A stretch of DNA of 64,000 nucleotides from Malacoraja senta. Taxonomy: Eukaryota. The stretch covers positions 2,294,001-2,358,000 of the forward strand of contig CM075991.1 in the NCBI GenBank assembly GCA_038087875.1, in the 5' to 3' direction. Within the stretch, counting starts at the first letter, position 1, and the number at the start of each line of letters is the position of its first letter. Shown piece after piece: positions 1 through 12,603 of the stretch. The notes under the pieces were generated by a model. That model was not told where the DNA came from, did not search any database, and saw nothing but the letters and a program-made list of their open reading frames with translations. The position numbers were made by a program, and so were the translations under genes.

Positions 1-1289
1 CGGAGTAGTGTGTGTGCCGTTCTGGTTGCCTCAGAAATGTTGCCGGAGGTTTTCCAGGCTGCTGCCCGGATTAAAGAGTTTAGCTATGAGGCGAATCACA
101 AAGCACTGGAGTAACTCAGTGAGTCAGGCAACATCTCTGGAGTACATGGATAGGTGACATTTCAGGTCGAGACTCTTCTTCAGACTGATTGTCAGACCAA
201 CCACCTGACCCGCTGAGTTACTCCAGCTTTCTGTGTCTATCTTCGGCCAGAAGTGATGGTGCATTGGATAAGGATCTGTTTCTATGGCCTAATTATACTC
301 CTATCTCTTATGATCATATGAACGTCTAGGCTAATGTGTTGTACATCAATAATTCAATTTGCCCTGTGTAAAGTACAAAGATGCTAACTAGATGCTAACA
401 TCGCAACAGGGATGCTGCTTAACCCACTGAGTTACTCCAGCACATTTTGTATACCAGCACCTGCAGTTTCTCGTTCTGCAGCCAATAGAGGTTGGAGAAA
501 CTTGGGTTGTTAGAAGCATGTAAAATTAAGAGAGGCATAGATAGGGTAGACAGTCAGAATCTTTTGCCCAAATGGAAAACCCAAATCCTAGAGGGCATAC
601 CTCTAAGATGGGAAGGGCAACATATGGAACACCTATCCATGTTCTCCAGAGTTGCACATTGCAGGCACAGTGGTGCCTGGAATGTGCCGTCAAGGGTAAA
701 CGTGGAGGCAGATACGATGGTATAGGATTTTTTTTTCAATTTAGTTTATTGTCACAGTGAAAATCTTTGGAGTCGGAACCCTTCTTCAGACTGATTGCAG
801 GAGGGGAGTGGGGAAAGAAAGCTGGGAGAGAGAAGCATCAGGTCGAGGCGTGGCATGCATTGGGGTGAACACAGGCGGGGGGGCGGCGGGGCAGAGGATA
901 GGCAGATGTTGGACATTGGCCAGAGATTAAGCTACAAGGTGTGAGACAAAAGGATTGAAGAATAGTGAATTGTGAAGCCAGAGGAAGGAATGTAGGTGGA
1001 ACGGAAGGGGAGGGGGGAAATAGGTTGTGGGGGGAAGAGGGGGAGAGGGGTTTATGTTAGAAGCTACCTAAAATTGGTGAATTCAATGTTCCTACCATTG
1101 GATCGAGGTTTTTGGATAGGGTGATGGATATGCAGGGAATGGAGGGATACGGATCACGTCCAGACATGGCTTAGTTCGCCTCACGGACATTGTTGGATGA
1201 CGAGCCTGTTCGTGTGATACCGTTTTATCTTCTTGTGTTATAAGGTGGCTGAAAAAAGTTTCAATGTCAAACAGAAGAAGTCACCGTGA

Positions 1290-1563
1290 GTAGACAAAAG
1301 TGCTGGAGAAACTCAGCGGGTGCAGCAGCATCTATGGAGCGAAGGAAATAGGCACGTTTCAGCGAAACCCTTCTTCAGACTGATGTCCCCACCAGTCCCC
1401 ATCAGTCTGATGTCCCCACCAGTCCCCATCAGTCTGAAGAAGGGTTTCGGCCCGAAACGTTGCCTATTTCCTTCGCTCCATAGATGCTGCTGCACCCGCT
1501 GAGTTTCTCCAGCATTTTTGTCTACCTTCGATTTTCCAGCATCCGCAGTTCCTTCTTAAGCAT
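1290..1563 (+). mobile_element. Fold-back Penelope pLTR-derived insert with hammerhead-like core
   Basis: About 95-bp inverted arms (1291-1385 vs 1427-1524); CTGAAGA-AGGGTTTCGGCCC-GAAACGTT at 1434-1461; 13-bp direct repeat GAAGTCACCGTGA at 1277-1289 and 1564-1576 (TSD). Confidence 0.8.
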
Positions 1564-1907
1564 GAAGTCACCGTGAAACGACCTATAAAATGGACACTAG
1601 GAGAGACCAAGAAGCATTTGGGGAGCTCAGATATGAGAGCAGCAAGAAAACAACTGGTGGGGAATTGTCAGCTCCAGTGGAATATGTTGGATTGGGGAAT
1701 ACACACAGCCCCAGGATGGATCAAGTTGGGATAAGGCTATATAAGAACGTTGAGGATACGACCTTTGCACTTGGCTCGAGGAGCTGGTTGGGCATAAGGC
1801 TGTCTGGGTGGAACTGTGGAGTTTTTGAAGATGAGAATGCAACACAGAATTTTGCAAGTACATTCTCCTGTTCAATTTGATTATCCTATATTCCTATATT
1901 CTTGTCT

Positions 1908-2312
1908 TTTTGGACTGGCGGCCAGTGAGTAGTGGCGTGTCTCAGGGATCAGTGAGCAGTGGCGTGTCTCAGGGATCAGTGAGCAGTGACGTGTCTCAGG
2001 GATCAGTGAGCAGTGGCGTGTCTCAGGGATCAGTGAGCAGTGGCGTGTCTCAGGGATCAGTGAGCAGTGGCGTGTCTCAGGGATCAGTGAGTAGTGGCGT
2101 GTCGCTGGGCTGAATGCTGTTTATCATCCATATCAACCATATGGATGGGATTGCACAAGACATTAGTAAGTTTGCAGATGACACTAAAATAGATGACATC
2201 GTAAATGGCGAAGATGGTTTTCAACATTGCAGCAGGATCTTGATCAACTTGGTGAGGAATGGCTAACAGAGATTGAGGCAGATATGTGCGAGGTCGTGCA
2301 TTTTGGGAAGTC
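1908..2312 (+). pseudogene. CR1 LINE reverse-transcriptase fragment with internal 27-bp tandem amplification
   Basis: DWRPVSSGVSQGS motif (CR1 'WRPVTSGVPQGS'), later FADDTK and LQQDLDQL. The unit CAGTGAGCAGTGGCGTGTCTCAGGGAT repeats about 7 times at 1923-2105. Confidence 0.8.
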
Positions 2313-2513
2313 ATTTCCCTGTGCAACGACACAAAGTGCTGGAGTAACTCAGCCGACTGAATCAGTCGGAAAAAAGATCCCGACCAGAAACGTTACCTAT
2401 TCATGTTCTCCAGAGATGCTGCCTGACCTGCTGAGTTACTCCATCACTTTGTGTCATTTTATGTATTAACCAGCATCTGCAGTTCTTTGTTTCTAGTATA
2501 TACAATGATAATA

Positions 2514-2941
2514 CCTTCCCCCCTTCCCCCCTTCCCCCCTCCACCCCTTCCCTCCCCCGTCCCTACCCCCTTCCCTAAACCCTTCCGCCCTTCCCCGCCT
2601 CCCGCCTCCCCCTTCCCTCTCCCCACCCTCCCCCCCCCTTCCCACCTCCTCCCCTTCTCCCCCCTCCCTCTCCCCACCCTTCCCCCCTTTCCCCTCACCC
2701 CCCTTCCCCCCTCCCCCTTCCCCTCTCCCCCTCCTTTCCCCCCATTTCCCACCACCCCCCTTCCCCCTCCCTCCCCCCTTCCCCCCTCCCCTCCCCATGC
2801 CCTACCCCCTTCTGCCCTTTCCCCCCACCCACCTTCCCCTCCCTCCCCCTCCCCCCTTCTCCCACTCCCCCCTTCCCTCCCCCTTCCCTACCCCCTTCTG
2901 CCCTTTCCCCCCTTTCCCCTCCTCCCCCCTCCCCCCTCTCC
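2514..2941. repeat. C-rich polypyrimidine low-complexity tract
   Basis: About 430 bp almost entirely C/T (CCCCTT-like units); the source of the Pro-rich and Gly-rich spurious ORFs. Confidence 0.95.
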
Positions 2942-3099
2942 AACTCAGTATTAAAAGTATTTTGGATAATTTATCACCAATTGGTAAATGGAGGGGAATA
3001 TTCGTGAAATAACTGCTGAATGACTTCATTCTAATTTTGAAATGTTCCTTCCTTGTTCTGTGAGAAATGGCTCATCATGAAATTTCGGAGAATAAAGGA

Positions 3100-3730
3100 A
3101 TTAGAGATTAGAGATTAGAGATTAGAGATTCCTTTATTTGTCATTCAGACCTTTCGGTCTGAACGAAATTTCGTTGCCTGCAGTCATACATATAATAATA
3201 AATGACAAAACACACAATAAACACAAATTAACATCCACCACAGTGAGTTCACCAGGCACCTCCTCACTGTGATGGAGGCAAAAGTCTTAAAGTCTCTGTC
3301 TCTTCCCGCTTTCTTCTCCCTCTGCGCTGAGGCGATCCAGGCTTCTGATGCTGTGGCCCCGCCGGGCGACGGTAAGCCAGTCCAGCGGCCGAATCCGTGC
3401 TCTGTCCGCGACGGGCCGGCTCAAACTCCGCGGCCCGGGGTGGTCGAAGCTGCCGAAGCTGCCGCCCTCCAGTCCAGCGGATGCAGCTGTAGTTGCGGGA
3501 GCCCCAGAAAAACAGGTCACCAACCTGTGACCTGCGCGCTCCCGACGATGTCGTCCACTGGGCCCGCGGCCGAGCCTCCGGTCTCAGGTCGCCACCAGTG
3601 TCCTCGGTCGCCACCGCCGGAACGCCACCGCAGCCCCGAAGTTGGCCAGCCTCGCGCTCCCGAAGATGTCGTCCACTGGGCCAGCTGCGGCCGAGCCTCC
3701 GGACTCAGGTCGCCACCAGTGTCCTCGGTG
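3100..3730 (-). mobile_element. GC-rich non-coding retroposon, 3' part, with Rex1-like tail
   Basis: Minus strand ends TGACAAATAAAGG + (AATCTCT)n; hairpin core at 3235-3275; an internal ~78-bp segment is duplicated (3531-3608 and 3650-3729); similar to 9729-10523 and 25420-27065. Confidence 0.6.
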
Positions 3731-5540
3731 TTTTGAGATTGAGAATTTTGAGATTGGAACATTGTTTGGAACGACTGTCAGGTTGAGGATGGGCATAGTT
3801 AAAGAGAGTGGTCATTTTGCTGAGGGCTCCTAGATGTCTCTGTGTGAGAGGAAGAATAGCAACCTGAATAGCAATAGTTCAGTCTGAAACGTGGCCTATT
3901 CCTTCTCTCCATAGATGCTGCCTCACCCGCTGAGTTTCTCCAGCATTTTTTGTCTACCTTCGATTGTTTCAGCATCTGCAGGTCTTTCTTAAACAATAGC
4001 AATCCCTTGATTTATGAAAGGGATTCATATTTCTGAGTGAATTTGAATAAATCGAGGAGACTGGGGATGATGCTGCGTTGTTTTTTTAGTAGTGGATCAG
4101 GGAGGGGAGAGACAGTGTGGAACCAAGTGTGGATACAAGCCCTTCGGCCCAACTTGAGCATGCTGACCAACATACCCCATCTAAGTTTGAAGAAGAGTCT
4201 TCACGTCATCCATTCCTTCCCTCCAGAGATGCTGCCTATCCCCGCTGAGTAACTCCAGCATTTTGTGTCTATCTTTGGTGTAAACCAGCATCTGCAGTTC
4301 CTTCCTGCTAATACCCCATCTGCATAAGTTGCACCTGCCTGTGTTTGGCGCATTTCCCTCTCAATCCCATATCCCTCTAACCCATGGGCTTTGCTTATTA
4401 TCACAATAGATAGATGCATAAATTAAAGACACTTCACCCAAAGGATCAATGACGTTACAGCAAAAATCTATAAAGTAATCATTTGTAAATTGAGCAATAC
4501 CTGTACAACAGTGAGTCTTAATGTATTAGCCAGCAATTGTCAATGGTACTGCAGGCTGTCTCTTTGAATTTTCTGCAGTAAGCAATCAATAGACCTGTCT
4601 GTATTATTTTGTACAGCAGAAGCAGGAATTTCTCCAAACCTCAGGCAAACCACGTATTAAATGTTACGAAGCAACAGTAACTGCACAATCCAACCAATAT
4701 TGGAGATACAAGGAACTGTGGATGCTGGAACCTTGAGCAAAGCACAAAGTGCTGGAGAAACTCAGTGGGTCAGGCAGCATCTGGGGAGAGAATAGATGGA
4801 TGACAATTTGGGTCTGGACTCTTCTTCAGACTGGATATTAAGTTGCATAAAGAGATGTTTGAGTTTGAGCTTAGTTTATTGTCACGTGTACCGAGGTACA
4901 GTGAAAAGCTTTTGTTGCGTGCAAACCAGTCAGTGGAAAGACAAGACGTGATTGTTAAACTGGATGACAGGTCACTTGTAGATGTAGAAGGAACTGCAAG
5001 TGCTGGTTTACAAAATAAGTAACAATCGTTTTTTTGAGGAAGTAAATAAAATGGTTGTTGAGGGCAAAGCCATAGATATTATTTATATGGACTTCAGCAA
5101 GGCTTTTGGTAAGGTTCTGCATGGTAGGCTGTTCTGGAAGGTTAGATCATATGGGATCGAGAGAGAGCTGATCCCTTGAAGACAGGCCAACTACTAACCA
5201 TGTATTTTATGCTCTTATGTTCAGTTACATTTCAACAATTTTGGCCGGCACAGTGGCGCAGCTGGTAGGTCCACTGCCTCAAAGGCTGAGGAGACACCTG
5301 ATTGAAATATATAAAATGATATAAAGTTATATAAATTATAAAAAGTATACAGATAGGGTGAACAGTCAGAAGCTGCATTCTGGAGTGGGAACGTCAAAGA
5401 CAACAGAGCATAGCTTCAAGGTGCAAGGGGCAAAGTTTAAAGGGAATGTGTGGGACAAGTTCTTATATGGAGTGGTGGAATATGTTGACAGAAATGGCGG
5501 TGAAGGCAGATATAATAGCGGAGTTTCAGATGCATTTTGA

Positions 5541-6500
5541 AGACCACAAATCATTACATACTCTGTATAATACACTCATACTGCCATATCTGAGTTACTG
5601 TGTGGAGATATGGGGTAACACCTACAAAACCAACCTACAGCCATTATGCACATTACAAAAAAGAGCAATAAGAATTATCAATAACCTTGGATATCTTGAA
5701 CATACCAATTTATTATTCTTAAAGTCACATACACTGAAGTTCACTGATCTGGTTAAATTTAAGACTGCGCAAATCATGTACAAAGCAAGAAATAATTTAC
5801 TTCCAAGAAATATACAAAAACTGTTTATGGAAAGGCAGGGTGGGTATAATTTGAGAGGGGAACATAATTTTTAAAAAATCTCAATGTCAGAACAACTCTT
5901 AAAAGTATGTGCATAGCAATCTGTGGGGTGAATTTGTGGAATGGTCTGGAACAGGAGATAAAACTTAGCACAAACATAATTCAGTTTAAACAGATGTACA
6001 AAAACACTTTTTTTTAAAGGATATTGGGATGAGGATAGGTGATTGTGAGTGGGATATTTGTTATACTGATTGTATTGGGAAGGGTGATTATAGGGTGATG
6101 GGTTGTATATATGACTAAGACTGAGGTACTGAGTACTGAGAGATACTGAGGGTTTTTTCTTCTCTTTTTTCTTTTTTTCTCTCTTTTTTTGTATGGCTTT
6201 GAAAATATTTGATTAGTGTATAAATGTAAATAATTTGGTGTACATATAGCTGCTGGTGTACATATGGTGTACATATAGCTGCTAAATTTGTATAAGAGAA
6301 TTATAAGCAGTTGAATAAGGGGTGGGAATTAATAAGCTTTGGCTTCTTCCTGCTCCTTTTCGGACACATACGATTTCATTTATTTATAGATATTGTTTAT
6401 GACACTTTATAAATATTCTTGTTTTGTTTTTTATATGCTGTTTCACACTTGCTTTTTAATCTTTTATTCTGTTCAAAATAAAGAATTAAATAAATAAATA
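5541..6500 (+). mobile_element. CR1-group (Crack/L2-like) LINE 3' fragment
   Basis: Peptide LYNTLILPYLSYCVEIWGNTY..LQKRAIRII, typical of the post-RT region of Crack/Daphne/L2-group LINEs; long AT-rich 3' UTR ending AATAAA..(TAAA)n. Confidence 0.75.
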
Positions 6501-7484
6501 CAATAAGGCCACACGGATATGCAGGGAATGGAGGAATATGGATCCCGTACAGGTAAATCAGATTAGTTTATCTTGGCATTATATGCGCCGCAGAAATTGT
6601 GGGCCAAAAGGCCCATACCTGGGTTGTACTGTTCTATGTTCCATTTCTGACATGTTTCTACCCAGCGTTACAGGCAGCCTCTCTGGAGAGAAGGGAATTG
6701 TATAGCTAACAATAATCTATTCTACATTATCCTTGATTATCATCCCCTTTGATGTCTCGTTTTCACACCTTACATTTCCTTATCTCTGTGTCTCCCTCTC
6801 CCCTGACTCTCAGTCTCAAGGGTCTCGACCCGAAATGTCACCCATTCGTTCTCTCCAGAGATGCTGCCTGCCCCCGTGAGTTACTCCAGCATTTTCTGTC
6901 TTTCTTTGATTTAAACCAGCATCTGCAGTTCCTTCTTACACATGTTTCTACTCAGCAGGAGTTGATTAGCCTCCCTGCTCTGGGGTTGAAGACCTCTCTG
7001 ATCCACCTCTTTGACCAATGTCTGCTTTTATTATTTCAACTTGATTTTGCTTGTATCTTATAGGCACCGTACAAATGCGAGCAGATTTTATTTTTCCGCG
7101 ATGGTCCCCTTTGTTTGAATTCAGCTGGAAGGAGACTTGCAAAGCACTGCTGATTAGAGATGGATAGCTGCTGAAAATAGTCTCAGCACCTTCTTAATAG
7201 GGAAATTACTGGATCAGCAGATGTTAATATCGAGGTCAGGCATTTTAAACTGGGATAATTACACCTGTTATATTTAGAGGGCTTTTTATTTTAAATTGTA
7301 ATGCATCACTCAACCACTTTCAACTTCACCAGCTAAACTTTATTTTTAGAAAATGTTGTATAACCATTAGGAATAAATTATTCAAGTTCTGAAGTTCTGA
7401 TGGATAAACACTTTCTTGGAGAACCTGCGACAATAAAATGTGCCCCGACTGTGAATGTGGTGGCCACATGGGTACCTCTTCACT

Positions 7485-7995
7485 AACCTGGTTTGGGAAC
7501 AGCTCCATCCAAGACCGCAAAAAATTGCAGAGAATTGTGGATGCAGCCCAGACCATCACACAAACCAACCTCCCTTCCATTGACTCCATCTACACCTCAC
7601 GCTGCCTCGGCAAGGCCAGCCGACATAAGCAAGGACCCGTCTCACCCCGTACACTCCCTCTTCTCCCCTCTCCCATCGGGCAAGAGGTATAGAAGTTTGA
7701 AAACGCACACATCCAGATTCAGGGACAGTTTCTTCCCAGCTGTTATCAGGCAACTGAATCATCATCTCATCAGCTAGAGAGTGGTCCTGACCTATCAACC
7801 TCATTGCAGGCCTTTGAACAATCTTTACTCAAACTTTATTGAACCTCAATGTTATGTCTTACACTATATTTTGTACCCTTTACCCCTTCTCCCTCTATCG
7901 GTTGCCCTGCGACTGCTTGACTGTATTCATGTATAATCTTTTCTTTGACTGAATTGCAAACAAAAGCTTTTCACTGTACCACGTGACAATAGACT
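7485..7995 (+). mobile_element. Rex1/Babar LINE 3' fragment
   Basis: WFGNSS..RKKLQRIV, LPSG.RYRS..TSRFRDSFFP peptides; tail TTCACTGTACC..TGACAATA. Confidence 0.8.
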
Positions 7996-8864
7996 TTATA
8001 GTGTGGAAACAGGCCCTTCAGCCCACCAAGTCTGCACCAACCAGCGATCCCCATACACTAGCACTATCCTACACACTAGCAGGGACATTTACAATTACAG
8101 AGGCCAATTAACCTGTACGTCTTGGGAATGTGGGAGGAAACTGGAGCACTCAGAAAAACCCACACGGTCACAGGGAGAACGCACAAACTCAATACAGACA
8201 GCACCTTAGGTCAGGATCGAACCTGGGTCTCTGGCGCTGTGAGGCAGCAACTGTGAGACCGCTGCGCCACTGTGCCGCCCTCTAACTGAACTAAATAGTG
8301 TTTGCATCTTAGGATTGCTTCACCCTGCAGATCACCTTGGGATCTTATGGATGGAGTGTGTTACATTTTCCATCCATTGCAGTCGCATAGACAAATCTTG
8401 CACCTCTGTGATTCTAACATTTTCTCCCTGCCACAGACCACAGAATCAGATAACAAATATAAGTCATAAGATCAGACGATCAGCCCAAGAAAGACAGTCA
8501 CCTGGAACAAAATCTCTCGCTTTTTGTTATTCCAATTAGAAACCAGAGCACAGAACAGTACAGACACAAAACGCTGGAGTAACTCAGCGGGACAGGCAGC
8601 ATCTCTGGAGAGAAGGAATGAGTGGCGTTTCGGTCGTGTCCCTTTATCAGTCTGAAGATTTAATCTATCTTCGATTTAAACCAACATCTGCAGTTCCTTC
8701 CTACATAGAACAGTACAGCACAGCTACCTTTGCCCACAATGTTAGTAAGCGATGGTTGGCATGGACCTGGTGGGCCGAAGGGCTTGTTGTTCATGCTGTA
8801 ATCTCTGGACTAAATATTGAGCAGAGGAATATACGTGGGCCAGACATATCACTTGCTGTCATCC

Positions 8865-9300
8865 TCACATTGAAACATATAAGATCTCATTGAAACATAT
8901 AAGATCTCATTGAAACATATAAAATTGTTAAGGGCTTGGACACGCTAGAGGCAGGAAACATGTTCCCGATGTTGGGGGAGGCCAGAACCCAGGGCCACAG
9001 TTTAAGAATAAGGAGTAAGCCATTTAGAACGGAGACGAGGAAACACTTTTTCTCACAGAGAGTGGTGAGTCTGTGGAATTCTCTGCCTCAGAGGGCGGTG
9101 GAGGCAGGTTCTCTGGATGCTTTCAAGAGAGAGCTAGATAGGGCTCTTAAAAATAGCGGAGTCAGGGGATATGGGGAGAAGGCAGGAACGGGGTACTGAT
9201 TGGGGATGATCATCCATGATCACATTGAATGGCGGTGCTGGCTCGAAGGGCCAAATGGCGTACTCCTGCACCTATTGTCTATTGTCTATTGTCTATTGTC
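8865..9300 (+). mobile_element. CR1 LINE 3' end
   Basis: FFSQRVVSLWNSLPQRAVEA..FKRELDRAL peptide; (CTATTGT)n tail; near-identical to 37805-38370, 46065-46757, 12604-12885 (-) and 16953-17190 (-). Confidence 0.9.
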
Positions 9301-9728
9301 ACAACTCGATAATCCACCTGCCCTTGTATATTTAAGAGGGAGTTAGATGTGGCCCTTGTGGCTAACGGGATCAGGGGGTATGGAGACAAGGCTGGTACAG
9401 GATACTGAGTTGGATGATCAGCCATGATCATATTGAATGGCGGTGCTGGCTCGAAGGGCCAAATGGCCTACTCCTGCACCTATTTTCTATGTTTCTATGT
9501 TTCTATGTAATCTTGGCAAATGTGGCTACAATGCACGTGATCTCTTCATCCAAGTCACCAATATAAATGCTAATAGTTGCTCCGATGTTGATCTCTGCGG
9601 CACTGTACCACTTATTGACTGCCAATCCCAAACTGTCCCATTTATCATAACTTGTTTGTTAGCCATTCAACTATCAATGTCAATGTGTTAACCACTAACC
9701 CCATCCTCGTGCTATATGCTATTATGCA

Positions 9729-10523
9729 CTGGAAGTGGCGGCGCCTCGCGGCAGCGGCCTCTACAGTCCATCTGTCTTTCTTTGTTCTTTTTGTTCTGTT
9801 AAGTGCATGTTTTGGTTGTAGTTTATATATTATTTTTAGCTGTGTATATGTGGGGGGCGGGGGAAACTTTAAAATATCTTCCCTGTACGGGGGACCCAAC
9901 CTTTTCGCTGTTGGGTCTCCGTAGTCGTTGGGGCCTAGCACAATGGAGCGGACTCCAGCTGGAACGACCTGGGGGCTCCAGTCGCGGAGCCTGCGGACTC
10001 ACCATCGTGGAGCTGGCCGGCTTCGGAGTGTGGAGAGCTGTGGTGGCGAGCGGCTGCGACCCGACTTTGGAGCTTCGGAGGCTCCAGCCACAGGCCCGGT
10101 GGACGAGACATCGGGAGCTCGCGGGTCCCTGGTGGGAGACCGCTTTTCGATGCTCCAGCAACGGCAACTTCTCCCGCCTGAACTGCGGGGTTGAAAATGA
10201 CCCGGAGCGGGGCCTTACATCGCTCGGCGCGGCTTTAACGTCCGCGGGACTTACCATCGCTTGCCCGCCAGGGGCTCCAACATCAAGACCTGGAGCAGGG
10301 CCTTACATCGCCCGGCGTGGCCTTAACGGCCGCGGAACTTACCTTCGCCCGCCAGGGGCTTTAACATCGGGAGAAGAATAAAGAACAGGGGAGAGACAAG
10401 ACTTTGCCTTCCATCACAGTGAGGAGGTGTTTGGAGATTCACTGTTGTATGACTGCAGAAATGTAATTTCCTTTGAACTTAGGTTCAAATGACAATAAAC
10501 GTTATTCTATTATTCTATTCTAT
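9729..10523 (+). mobile_element. GC-rich non-coding retroposon, apparently near full length
   Basis: Starts GGAAGTGGCGGCG, T-rich leader, CpG-rich body with GCTTTAACATCG-like repeats, hairpin remnant CCATCACAGTGA..TCACTGT, tail TGACAATAAA + (TATTC)n. Confidence 0.6.
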
Positions 10524-10556
10524 CAGTGAATTCCTTCAGGAATGTCTAAAATACAC

Positions 10557-11599
10557 TAGGTATGTTACAATACTTGCCTTCAGCGGCGCTGTAATTCTGT
10601 CACTGGCCGTGTGCGCGATTTTGGCGCCTTTAAGGGGGGGGGGCGGGGTTAAAACGCGGGTTTCTCCTCCCTTGTCCTGAATTATATTTTGTTGGAGTAC
10701 AAGCTTTTGCGGAAGAATCGTTCCGAGGGGCGTTTTGAGTATTTAGTTTTAAAAATCTCCCGACAAGTTCAGCGTTGGAATCATTTTAAAATCATCTTCT
10801 GAACCCGTCAACGCCAACAACGGGGACGGATTTCACACACGGGACAGGTAAACGAAAGTGCTTTATTTTAATGTATAAACGTTCTCCTTAAGAGGCCTTT
10901 AATTCACATTTTTACATGCGACACGGTGATTTTTTCCCCCGAACTAACGGCAATAATTTTCATGCCAATACGGGGTTAAATTCACCGCAAATGAACGTTC
11001 CAAATGATCGCGTTCCAGAAATCCCCATTCGCAAGATGATATAAATGCCCATTAATTTACAGGTATTAAACATTCAATTTCTTCCATTTGGCCTATAAAT
11101 CCATGACAATGAGATACAATAATTATGTTATATTGTGAATTCTTGTGTGAATGTTATTTGGACACTTAGGCTATTTAAAAATGTTAATCTATTCTTAAGA
11201 AATTGATAGATGTTTAGATCTAGTAATTGAATTTTGTAATTTGCTACAATTGGGTAACTAACTAATTATATGCTTTAATTTCATGTCATCTAAGTAAGAT
11301 TTTCATATTTGTTTCAGAATGCTTCAAACTATAATAACTGAAAATTTCTTTCAGTTCTCTTAATTTTTAAGAACGTTATGGGCTTTTAACTGTCCTCGAT
11401 CACAGCTTTTGTGTTAAGTCAATGGAAAAGCAATAGAGAACAAGATGCTAATTTCCGAGTATGAAAATGGCCATAACTTTTTTAATACTGAAGATATGAA
11501 AGTGAGTTAGGTGTCAAATTAAACTTCTTTTTATGCTTTATCTGATGGGATAAATTACAGACTTGATTTTTAAAATCTCAAAATTTTGTAACATTGCTA
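10557..11599. mobile_element. Non-autonomous TIR DNA transposon, 1043 bp (copy 1)
   Basis: Imperfect TIR TAGGTATGTTACAA...TTGTAACATTGCTA; flanking direct repeat AATACAC (10550-10556 and 11600-11606); closely similar copy at 49957-50999. Confidence 0.85.
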
Positions 11600-12603
11600 A
11601 ATACACTACATATCCCCTTTATCCACCTATTGTTACTTTCTCAAAGAACTGTCATATTTGCCTAACTACTGAATGCGGCAAAATTGCAACAACCATCTTA
11701 AGAAATAGTTTGTACAACATAATTAAAAGGGTAAGATTTCAATCCATTGCTTAACATACAAACCCGCATGTCTTTGGGTTGTGGGAGGAAACCGGCGCTC
11801 CAGAGGAAACCCACACGGTCACGGGGAGAAAGTGCAAACTCCACACAGGCAGCACCCGAGGCAGCTGCTGGGATAAGATAGAACTAGAGTGAGTGGGTGA
11901 TCGATGGTTGGCGTGGATGCATTGAATATGTTAAATTGAATATGAATCACTGTCGTTATCGGCTCACAATCAATTTCCATTGGATTCTTTTACAGTCTAA
12001 TGCAAAGAGGTATTTTGCTGCATGAAGTAACGTTTTGGGAGTGGGTGGAAAGAGATGTTGCACTGGGATCTAATATGAATAGTTATTTTTGCACCATTTT
12101 TATTTCCCAGGCTACTTGAATTATGGTATGATTTTATATCGAATGGTAATTGTCAGTTCGTGCTTCACTGAGGGATGTGAAGTGGATAACATCACTGTTT
12201 TGGGTGTGGATGTAAGCACCCATCAAAGGCACTCATTCTTTCTACATCCTTGATGTCTGTGGGAGCAGAGGTTGTGGCACTCTATTGCTAACTGATAGAC
12301 CATTGCTTAAATTATTCACAGCAGCAATTGTTTTTAATTAGGCAGTTAGGATCAGGAGCTGATTACATTTAATGTCATTTTAAACCAGAACGATTTTTCC
12401 CTTTCTAATTTAGTGGACTATTGTTTTAGATAATGGTGCACAATACCCTGCCGCTCAATCACCTGCATTTATTTTTTTAATGTCTATCTATCAGAAACAA
12501 ATAATTTTAAGTTTTGATAGATGAAGACATAGTCATCGCAACTATGAAACGTTTCCTAATGTAAATGTACATTCTGTAACCATGTAGACAAAATGGGTGA
12601 TTG

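Noticed and set aside
2451..3029. Pro-rich and Gly-rich ORFs
   Set aside because: Translations of the C-rich low-complexity tract; no coding evidence.
7326..7480. Possible host exon in non-repeat sequence
   Set aside because: No recognisable homology and no convincing splice-site pair on either strand.
9803..10381. 192-aa ORF and other overlapping ORFs in GC-rich elements (3264-3786, 21316-22054, 33973-34609)
   Set aside because: Stop-poor GC-rich repeat sequence open in several frames on both strands, with no domain motifs.
12111..12145. Candidate 35-bp micro-exon (tttcccag|GCTACTTG...GAATG|gtaatt)
   Set aside because: Plausible splice signals, but too short to identify and no partner exons found; needs RNA-seq.
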